A DNA stretch of 64,000 nucleotides, from positions 9,734,001 through 9,798,000 of the forward strand of contig CM102290.1 in assembly GCA_046563655.1 (NCBI GenBank), read 5' to 3'. Shown here piece after piece: positions 50,100 to 61,082 of the stretch. The notes under the pieces were generated by a model. That model was not told the origin of the DNA and searched no databases. It saw only the letters and a list, made by a program, of their open reading frames with translations. This DNA comes from Yuukianura sp. NJ FZ-2021. Lineage: Eukaryota. Numbering within the stretch: position 1 is the first letter of the stretch; the number at the start of each line of letters is the position of its first letter. A program made the translations under genes and the position numbers.

Positions 50100-52910
50100 G
50101 TCCTGGGTGGTTCGGATTCTTAGGAAGGATGAAGTGAGAAGGTAATTAATTGCTTGTAGGGATACAAAGAAAGTGGTTTGTTTAGTTTAGAATTCTTTTG
50201 ATGAGTAATGAGAACAATGGAAGACGCTTCTTCTGGCTTCTAAAAAAAAGGTAGAAAAAAACTGTAACAAAGTGCTGATAAAATTGGAAAAGTAAATTAG
50301 AACACATTGCTTTTCTTGAGTACCTTGAACAAAGTAGGCGGGAATTCTTAGCCGCGGGAACAATTCAAATTTCAACATCTTCCTTCCTTCTCCGACTTCA
50401 TTCTTAATAGATGAGCAAACTAATTAATAAATCATCACTCAACCGTCGTCACTTGGTCAAACACTTTACTTCTGGTTTTCTTCTGGTGTCCACCGCTGTT
50501 TCTTTTGTCAGAAAAAACAATGGACGCCGTTCACGAAGTTTTCAAAATGGCGGCCAATCAGCTTCTGTCAGGCGCAGTCCCATCCAAAGACTAACTTCAG
50601 ATGTAGTGGCCCTATGGCGTCATGTTTCAAGAGTGTTGACCATCATGTCCGACTTACTGCAACATTCAAGTCGGCATGCTTCACCTATGGTGGCTGCGAT
50701 GACGGGTTTTCCCATCATGACCTTGTCGCATAGATGCGGTGACCTGCATGTAGTATTGGTTCGGTCTCGTTCGGTTCTCCATTTGTACCGAACCGGTTAT
50801 GCGGGAATGTGTTGTTGAGACAGACTTCGGTCGTTTGAAACTTGTAATCTGAAGATCTGATGAAGGGTCCGTGGCGCGTAATTTGAAATTTGTAATTAAA
50901 GACCATAGGATGATGGGAGGAAGATGTTGTGAAGATGAGTTATCAGTTATTTTTAAATCCATTGATTGGAGGGAGAGATGAAACAAAACGGAGCGGATCG
51001 GAACGAAATCTTTGAAAGACAAAAGAAACAAAAATTGTTCAACAAACTTCATATTCTTTTCTTTGACTTTCAAAAGAACCGCCAAAAAAATGAAACTAAT
51101 AAAATCCAAACAACCCAAACAAAAGTTAGTATAGAAAAATAGTTCTCCAATCACAAAGCGGGAAAAAATCCGAATAAAAAATTTCGTTTTTATTATTACA
51201 AACATTGGCACAAAACGTAAAAAAAATTCCGAAGGATCTCGAAAGTTTTTACTTCTTCAATTCAAGGTTTCAAAAGGTATCAATTTTTCAATTCAAATTT
51301 TCACCACTTATTCTTTAATTCAAATAAGTTTCACATTTAGCTTGTTGTTGTGTTTTCTTTTGTAATTTGCTGACCGCCATTTGGAAAAGTTAACAAAAAT
51401 GGAGTAGGGAGGTAAATTTTGAAACGTAGCGGGAAATTTGAATTGCTTGGAGTTCCATGTGTTGAACATGAAAAAGATTGAATGTTTTGAAAACAATTGA
51501 TTAGTGTTATTACCAGTTTCTCTCGTCTTTGTTGATTGTTTCCTATTGTTGTTTATTGTTTATAATGGGGTTCCATTGTTGTTTCTATTGTTGTTTACTT
51601 GACATTTCTCAAGACACAATTTGATGAGGTTCTATAACTCATCTACTTTGTCAATACTAATAATTATTGATTATGCGTAGATCGATCCAACAATAGAAAC
51701 CATCAAAACCAGCAAAAACAACAAAACGTCAAAAAACAACAGCAAAAAACTAAACCCCAACCTGAATTTTCATTTCGAAATCAATTTCGGGTACGTTTAG
51801 AACAAAAAACCGTGGAATAAATCGATTGTCTTTTAAAACCTATAAAACTTCAAAAATTAAAAGAAGGAATGAAAACTTTCACAAAAACAGTGTTTTTTTT
51901 TCATGTTTTCCGTTTTTTCATTGTTCAAATCAATCTATTTTTCCCTTCGTTCAACTTGTTTTGGTTTCGATCTAATTTTAAAAGTTGAACACAGTAGCTT
52001 TTTAGTAAGTGTTGTTTTTGTTGTCGTTCTGCTTCTGTGTGTTTCGTTCGTTGTCTCTCTCCTTTATGTTCCACCGTTTTTCCGAAAAAAAAACTATTGA
52101 GAAAATGGGATTTTGAAAAACCTCAAATTTCTTACGCTTGATTTCTCACACTATTCAATCTTTGTCTCAAAAAGCTTCCTTTTTTCGATTCTCTTTTGTA
52201 ACTTTGTTCTCAATTTCTATTTCGTAAATTGCCAATCACACTACAATGAATTCTCAACAAAACGTGAACAAACCACCACCGTCGTGGTTTTTCAGCAGTA
52301 GTCACAAAAGTACTAACAATTCAAAAAAGAAAACTTTTTCAACAAGAAAAGAAATCAACTTTTTCATTTTTTGGTTTCTGATTTTTAATCTGTTTTCAAC
52401 TTTTGTGTTCCCCCGCCCCCTCCCCCCAAAGGAGGAGAAGGGGAAGATGCATCTTGGCCGGGAGGGAAGGGGAGGGAAAGAGATGGAAGTTAATTGCATT
52501 TTTTTCATAATTGAAAAAGAACAAACAAAAGATGGAAACGGAAATCACAAGAAATTTTTCCCGTTTTGTTCCAAAGTCTTTTGTTTTATTAGATTAGTGG
52601 GTGTGGTCGTCTGATTATCCCTCAAACATTTAGTCAAATTAGACATTTTCAAAAAATGATTTTTTTTTTGAAATTTTTGGTTCATGCCGCCTCCTTCCAG
52701 AAGGTGGGCATTGAACCGTGGACAATGAAAAAGGCGGCGAGACGACTCAGCATGTCGCATCGCCTCAGTCGTTTTCTTTAGGCTTTCACAGCAGGAATTT
52801 GTGTCATTGAAATAAGAAGAAAAGGAGAGACCAAGGATTGGTCGAACTGGGCTGGGCACAGTCACACAAATTCAAAAACTCCCGCCTTCTTTATATCGCT
52901 GGTTCTATGT

Positions 52911-53068
52911 AATTTGGCCAAAAAGTGAAATGACCAAAATTGAACAGACCAGAAAAAAAGGCCAAAAAAGAAAATGGAACTCAAGGAACCTAACCCAAGA
53001 CTTTTGAATTCTGGCCATTTCACTTTTGGTCATTTCAATTTTGGCCAAATTTTTTTTGGTCATTTCAC
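52911..53068. repeat. Foldback element built from ~15-nt subrepeats
   Basis: AATTTGGCCAAAAAGTGAAATGACCAAAATTGAACAGACCAGAA (from 52911) is a near reverse complement of TTCTGGCCATTTCACTTTTGGTCATTTCAATTTTGGCCAAATT (53009-53051). One extra TTTTGGTCATTTCA copy follows. Confidence 0.75.
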
Positions 53069-55094
53069 CTACTACGATATTTATCACTCGCTCAACAAAT
53101 AGCCATGTATTAGGTGAAAACGGAAGAGTAAAAAGCCGTCAAACCTTGAAATCTAGGTCAACGAGGTCGTCTAAAACTTTTTGCCTAGTGAAAGTTTGAA
53201 TTAGATGAAATTTTTTCCATGTGGAGGTCATTGGTCTCTAGACTGTTGCACCACACCACAACACTGCAGAGAAGACTTGAGTTTGTCTCTAGTCCGTGTG
53301 AACCAGTTCATTGAACAAAAAATGCTTGGGGTCATTGACCGTTATACTCTAGGCCAAACTTTTAGAACAAATTAGAAAAAGTAAGATTTTTTTTAAACAA
53401 ATTCTTCAAATCAAGAGTTATAGAAATATTTGACGCGGTTTTCGTGTTTGACTCTCTGAGGCCTGTTAGTTTTCAAAGGTTAGAGGTCAAATTTGTCAGC
53501 TTAATTTTTTTTTTCGATTGAAGCGTAGTTTTGAAAGTTGTGGAGGATGTGAGTACGTGTTATATAGTTGGATCAATAAATTGTTTTCCATCCTCATACT
53601 ATACTAATATTACAGTGTTACTAGACTCCGATGGGAATAAAAGGAGCCACAAATGACACGCTCTTTTTCCTTTCACTTGGGAAAGTCACAGGCTCAATAT
53701 TACTTCAATTTTAGTCACTAATTGTAATCGATTTCTGTCACCAAAAACTCATCGAGTTCTATCCAAATTCAACTACATTAACCAAAGAAGTTTGTTTCAG
53801 CAGTCCGTGAATTGAAAAACTCTAATAAGAAAATCAGGATTAAAGTTATGATTTCCGAAAAAAAAAAACATTTTTGGTATAAAAATCACATAAATTTTGA
53901 TTATAATCCCAAAATCAGGAATTTGGAAAATCAGAAAAAACGGAAACCATAAGTGAAATGTCTCAAATGCCCATCCGAAATTAAATCCCATTCAAACGTC
54001 CACTTCATTTCTCCCGCGTTTCCCCTCTGATTCTCATAACAAAAGAAAGGTTGAATGCCCTTTTGAGTCCATCAGGGACCAACCGAGCACCAGCGGGAAA
54101 TTCAAATTCAAAAAAACGAAATTCAAAAAACTGATATAAAAAGCGGGAAATCAGAGATAGTAACGAAACCTTTTGAGACCACTTTGGACTCTTACTCTTT
54201 TGGCTTTCTAATCTCCCCAAAACGTTTTTTTAAATGGCTTCCATCTAAAAAAATACTTTTAAAAAAACGTAACTTTTTGAAATTGGCGCTAGTGGAAGGA
54301 GTGTTGATAAGGACACTTACTGGTATTCCCAACTGGGTGTATTGATTGAATCCAATTCCATATCATGAGACCATTTTCAATTGAAGGGAGCTATAACTTA
54401 AGGTTCCCCCTTCTTCTGAATCGTAAACAGAGTCTACTGGATCCCTTCAATTCTATCGCTCTGATTTATTACCGTCTTCACTGGAAACACTATCACTGAA
54501 AACACACCGAACAATGACAAAACAACATCAAACACACACCACAACAATACAACCACAAAAAAGTAACATCAAACTACCATTCTTTCCTTTTCTAAAAAGG
54601 AGACACTTTTTGCCTTTCTAAAGCACTTTTTTATTTTCTAGAAACAGTTTTCCAAAGAGAAAAAGAAGGAGTTCATGAAAAAGAAACACTTTCTAAACAC
54701 AACCCTAAAAATATTAGGAGCTTTCAAAGTACAAAGCATAAAAAAAAAATTATCGAAAACACAAACATCCACCAAATCAGAGAGGTCAAACAATTTTGAA
54801 ATTTCCCGCAACTTGCAACTTTTGAAATGTAAATTAGAAAATATATTGTCAATTGCTCGAAAAATTTAAGAAACGTTTGCACAAGTTCAAAATGGATTCA
54901 ATGTTTTGCTACGGTTTGATTTTCTTAGTTTTGGTTTTGAACTTCTAAGAAATAGTGGATACTGAACGTGAAAAATTTGGGAATTTTTCATATCTTAAAA
55001 TGTGTTCGTAAGCGTTTTAAAATAATTCCGAAGTTTGTACACATTTGACGATTCTACAGTTGGTAAAGGTGGTGAAATTAGAAAATTGGAAAGT

Positions 55095-55900
55095 TTATTT
55101 CCAAAATTTGTGAGTGTCAGGATTGATTTCCGAGTTGCCGAAGAAGTGCTAAAGTTCGTTTTCGTTCGGGAAAAATGCAGTGTGCGACGCCTCTTGGTCG
55201 GTTTTTCCGGAGTCTGTGTTGAGTTGGTTGAAAAGTGAAAGTACCGTGAAGCTGTTGTAGCCTTTCGAGGTTCCTGATGGATCCATTTCCTCTTTCTTCA
55301 CATATTTCGACTTGAGCCAAAAAAACGTCGAGTCCATACGCATGTTGTAGCCGTTTTGAAGTTGAGGACAAACAAGAAGTGATGATGTCGGTGGTGGCAC
55401 GGTGGTTGGAGTTCCTGTGTTCGCCTCAATGGCTCGAACGTGCTCCTCAAGCACTGGATGTAGACAGACGAGGGAAATTTAAAAAAGTATTTTGAAGTAT
55501 ATGGGATGAAGTACTTGAAACTAATCTGTGAGACAGGGAAGATGTTGCAGTGGGTAATGGAGTCTCCTTGACTCTCAGCCTCAATTTCAAAATAAAAAAG
55601 AGAGGGAGATTTGAAGCGGAGTCGACTGAGGTTTATGCAGATCCAACTCCCATTTTTGCCATTATCCTCTCCAATCATCACTTTCCGTGACTCACTCACC
55701 AAAAATTGTTCAAACCTAATAATTCCGCTTGATCAAAATCAATACCTTCACTTTTAAACATTCAAATCAGGGCGCATTGTGTTCCCACATTCTACGTCAG
55801 CAGTTCCAGGGGTAGGCATCCACCCACGTCTCGGGTGGGTACTCCAAATGTGTAATGTCAAAACTCCGAGCTTGGGTTTCCCTCACCAAAAAAAATCCGT
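55095..55900 (-). pseudogene. Possible decayed coding fragment of unknown origin
   Basis: A GC-richer island with overlapping long frames (55298-55702 and 55149-55454). The second continues in protein-like sequence past its TAG (ENEL*HFFGNSEINPDTHKFWK*). No domain recognised. Confidence 0.25.
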
Positions 55901-58900
55901 TGAAGGAGACATTTTTTTTACAAACTACGTCGTCAGTTCTTAGGGTCATTGGAAAACCCACCCTTATATTAAAAAAAATCAGTAGTTAAGATTTTTCTAA
56001 ATATAAAGTTCTTCCAAGTCAATTTTATTACATAATAAATATTATTCTTATGATCAGCATTTGATCCACCATTTTTAACAATTAAGAGGTCAGTGCCCCT
56101 AAGAATGACCGCTTAATTCCGTTTTTTTAAGACGAGCGAAAGAATAGTTAAGTGAACTACCCAGCGGGTACTTGACCTGATGAGTGCATGACGAACCCTG
56201 GAGCCTAATAAAGAATGAAATCCGAAAAAAGAGAGAAATGTCTTTTGTTGTTACTTATTGCATTGTGTAGACAAACAATAAGTGAAGAGAATGATTCAAA
56301 GTCTATCAGGTTCCTCCCCCCTTCAGCCTCCGAGTCTCTCTCAAATGCTAAATATTTTTCCAAATAAATGAAACGGGATGACTCTCTCTCTTTCTTTGAT
56401 ATTACATTTTTATAACTTATTTTTTAGAATGGAAATGGATACAAAAACTCACCCAAAAGAGCCCCCCTCTCTCTCTTCTTTCTGAGTTGACTGAAATTGA
56501 GCCAGGAAAAAAAGATGATGGATTAGGACTGATTCGAGGCAGAAGGGAGAAAAGAGGGAAAGTCTACAAGTGGAAAGCAGAGCAGAAGATGAGAATAGAA
56601 TTCAAGAATAATGCAAATTTGGAACACACCAAACTCAAAATGAGGCTGTCATTACGCGGCACTTTTTTTCAAAAAGTAAAAAATCTCTGCACCGTCCTCC
56701 GTCCCTTTGCTGCAGACTTCAAACGTCGTCCAAAACTTCACAAACTGATTTTCATTGGGGTTTGAAAGGAGAACAAATTCCCGCGTCTCGTCATCCTCCT
56801 CTGGACATATGCTTCAGCTTCATCCAAATTCAAAATCATTCTGCTCTTTTAGGTTGGCGGAGAGGGGCTCCAAAGTTAATGGTTTTACGGACGAGGGCAT
56901 CAAATCTAAAAAAAAGAACAAAAAAATTGTTCGAGAAAGTATTTTTCAAAAAATGTTGCAAACATCGTCACACAATTCGTCAACGGAGCTTCCCTAGTCA
57001 TGCTGACTCGGTTCACTAATTAATAAAACGAACTAAAGTTAGTTTTGTTGAGGTACGTACTTTGGCAACCCGGATCTCGGTACATTTTGGATGACGTACT
57101 ACGTGAGCAGCAACTTCGAAGATTTTGATTACCCAAAAGTGTTGTTGTGAGGAGATCAGTCACAAGAAGGAACTGTCTATCGTGTAATCTTCATCCTTAG
57201 ATAGTACAAAAACTAGACTTTTGTTGGCATATTTCACTCTGGAAGAGAAGAAAAAAATGACACGGATATTTAAATCCCCCAAAAATGACGGTAAATGCTA
57301 AAAGTTCCCCCTCCAGGAAATCTGATTTGATATATCCTTCTTACCCATTTTTCCTCTCAGATTCCCCTGAAGAGGGGAACGTGCACCGAGAGGAGAAACT
57401 GAGCTTTCACTTTTCACCTTTGGAATCCCTTTGTTAACTTGGTAAAATTGACTTTTGCAGCAAGGAGCAGCAGAAGAAGGGGTTTTTCTTACTTTTGAAG
57501 ACAGGATTTCTGCAATGGATTCGCACCGTGACAGAATCTTCTGGAAGAGGAGTCATACTATAGAAAGAAGCTGTAGCAGAAGATGACAAGGGAAGGATTA
57601 TGGCCGTGGCGGAAATAAGAACGTGAGCGGGGAAGAGTCACATCAGATTACTGCCAAGCAGACACAGTGTGACACCGTGGCAATTCTGTTCCTTTAGCAT
57701 GAACTTGCTACAAGATGAAAACAACACTCAACTCATAATTCACAACCTGGAGCTTAATGGTTATAATTGAATTGGAGACTTACAGGAGCCATGTCACACC
57801 TGACCTTTGACTTTATTATAACTTCGGGAATGACTATGCCACTAGCTGGTTACATCTCGTCGTTTCTGTACGATTCTTGACCCATAGAATGTACCCGCCA
57901 ACCTTGAATAGGTCGCGCATGTACCTGTGGACTTTACCGAAAAAGGAAATAAATCAAGATACATCTCTCGGTTCAAAAAATATGTGTTTGAAGAAGATCT
58001 GAAATAAATGGTTCATAAATCTGTTACTTTACCGTACAAGACACCGATTGTTAAAATTGGTTAATTGGCAGTTACATCAACGTCCAGACTCTTGAGACCA
58101 ACCCTTGAAATCTTCAACATAGAGTAACCTAAGGTAATCAAATAGTGTTAGCCTAACATAAAATGCATTCTTCATTCCACAATTTAAAATTGATATTAAG
58201 TGCTTACAATTGTACTAAAAAGTAAAAAATAAATGTTTAAATAAGAAGTTTAGGTGTTATCTACCGAGTCCTGATGTAATCCCATTGGACACTCAGTAAT
58301 AGCAGTAGTTTACTACCACCAATTACTTCTTAATTAAATTGATTACTAATTAATCGTTAATTAATATAAATCTTAATTTTCTCAATGTCAATCCAAAAGT
58401 AAAACGTCACCTGACATAACGGTTTGTTTATATTTTTAAAAGGTTTGGTTCCCGCGCTTCATAATATTTTATTTTTTTAAGCAAAAACGTTTTCTCATTT
58501 TCCCCGATAAAAAAAAGTAAACAAAAGCTTTGGTGGGAAAAATTGAATTCGGCGTCGTATTGTTTTTTTTTGTCTCTTCGCTTACTTTTACTTTCTCTCA
58601 TCTTGGTTTTGGTCCCCTTCAATTCAGCAACAGCAATTGACTCCTACTTTGACTTTAGTTAATTAATTACTAATACTAATTAGTGTGTTAATACTAATTA
58701 GTGACTGATTTATTGTACTCCTGAAGTGGCATACGTTCGAGTGAGTGCAGACTACGGGAGACGTAAGTTTTTTTCACTTTTTACGAAGACAATCGATATC
58801 CAGCACTAGTACTTTGAAAAAATGAAGAATTTGTAGCTTGCTGAGAAAGAAAAGGGTTACTTGATTTGTTTTTGTTGATGTTCGGGTTCGAACTTTGTAA

Positions 58901-60384
58901 ATCATGGATGTAATTGTGATTTAATCATTCTTTAATTTGATTGAAGTTGATTAGTGTTGAGGCATTTGTAAACATTAGCTCAGAAGTTGAGTGCCTTTAG
59001 GAGTACACAATCAACAATTACTTTTTCAACCTCCCCTTCTTGATTAATTTCTAGATCCATTTGTCTTTAACCTGCTCGTCGACAAGTAGCAAGAAACGAT
59101 GAACAACGAAACAAGAGGGAGAACAAGGAACAGCCGCGACCACAACTTCCCAGTCTACGTTTTTCATCTCATTACTCCATGAAGAAGTGATGACACCGTG
59201 TCAAAGTCATATGGACGTCGACAGACAGGCATACAACAAATACAAGGTAACAACAAGAACGTTTAAAAGGTTTTGGTTTTACAGCATGAAAATGTTGGGA
59301 CTGCAAAGGGCAAGTCTACCAACCAGCTGACACTAATTCCATTTCCTCTCATCCTGTCTAATTTGATTGTAATTTCTGTCCTCTTTGTTTTGATTCAGTA
59401 AAACACGGGACAGCATGGAATTTTGGATGAAATCGACAGTCGGAAAAGATGGACTTGACAAGTGCTTTCGTTTTATCGAAATTTATGCATCAGCCAGCAG
59501 AGGAGCATGAGCTGGGCGGTGGCGGGCGGGTGACGAGAAAGACAGAGAAGGCAAACGTAAGTACATATAATATGAAATAAAGAAAAGTAAGGAAAGTCCC
59601 AGATTCGTCTCGAAACCGCCTTCAATTCCCAGAATTTTTTGTCATCCGTACTTTTTGGTAGGATTCGGATGTTTCTTCTCCAATCGAACTGAAGACGAGG
59701 CGTAGCAGAGGCCTCCGACGAACCAATGAATTCTCTCGGGTTGCGCAAAGGATTTCTTCGCACTCCCAGAAAGAGAGCTTTTCTACAGTTCTTCAGACAA
59801 AGAAGGATTGAGAACTGTTGAAGACGACGAAGACGAGCAAGATCATCTCGAAAACAACTCCTTCTTCCGCATCTCCGTCTACCGACTTCGTCTTCCCCAC
59901 CAGAAGCATATTCGTTGGAATGGGAATTCTCCATTTCCATTGTTGCCTCCCTTTCTTTTGTTCTGCTCATTCCATTTCCAACTGAGGTTCGACCACGATC
60001 ACAACTCTGAATCTCTTCAACCCTCCACCACCACGATCTCCACTCTTCAACCTCAGCTCAGCTCCTAAGGGCTTCACCCCACGTGCTTAAGTACCCTCTA
60101 CACCAAATAGAGTTTACAAATCAAACTCAGCTTACCAAAGGTCAAGGTTCAGCGAGTGAACAGTTTATAATTCAACATGTTGATCACAATCGCCAATCAG
60201 TCGTCTATTTCTGGACCAAATTAAGTTCAAAATTGGAGCCTGCCACTTGACCAGTGTGTTGTGGGCACATCTCAACAACGTCTACCTTCACCCTCATCAA
60301 GGTAACCATTCCAGTAACCGAGGTAGCCTCTTTGGTAACCAAGGTTGCTACGAAGGTAACCAAGGGACCGGACCCTTGGGGGAA

Positions 60385-61082
60385 ATGTTGATGAAGATTG
60401 ACGAGGCCATGGAATCTGGGGGTGGGGAGTCAAGTGGTGACTCTCGTGGGTCACTTTCCCCTATGGCCCTGTCCAGTCGTCCCAAACAGCCATTTTCACC
60501 CCCTCCAGACAGAACGTCTCCCCACGGTCCACCGTCACAACTTCACACCTCCGCTCATCACATGATCAACAGCCTAGCAGCTTCCAGTGTGACGAAGAAC
60601 ATGACCCCGGGTCTTCTGGCCAGTTTAAGTGCGTTGAATGCCATGAGTTCAGCAGCAGCAGCAGCCTCCTTTCACCACCATGACTTTGGGGGGAGGGAGA
60701 CGTCTTCATTTGAACGGGGGTTGGATCGCCATGGACATGGTTACGGCAGTCCCCCCGCCCCCATGGCCCCTTCCAATGACCCCACAGCAAACGAGTGCAA
60801 GTTGGTGGACTACCGAGGTCAGAAGGTGGCGGCCTTTGTCATCAATGGGGACACGATGCTCTGCCTCCCACAGGCCTTTGAGCTGTTCCTCAAGCACTTG
60901 GTTGGAGGGCTGCATACGGTGTACACGAAGTTGAAGCGACTGGACATTGTGCCGCTCGTGTGCAACGTAGAGCAAGTGCGAATTCTGCGGGGACTCGGAG
61001 CCATTCAGCCAGGGGTCAATCGCTGCAAACTTCTCTCATGCAAAGACTTTGACGTCCTCTACAAAGACTGTACGACGGCAAG
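60385..61082 (+). CDS. dac: Dachshund, first coding exon with the DD1/Dachbox-N (Ski/Sno/Dac) domain; the gene continues beyond the window
   Basis: NECKLVDYRGQKVAAFVINGDTMLCLPQAFELFLKHLVGGLHTVYTKLKRLDIVPLVCNVEQVRILRGLGAIQPGVNRCKLLSCKDFDVLYKDCTTA, then the donor AG|GTAATA at 61082/61083. The first in-frame ATG is at 60385. Confidence 0.96.

Noticed and set aside
50411..51211. 135-aa (+) and 176-aa (-) ORFs and short hairpins near 50644-50678 as a gene or pre-miRNA
   Set aside because: No recognisable domain, partly low-complexity translation, and a stem of only ~11 bp, too short for a miRNA precursor.
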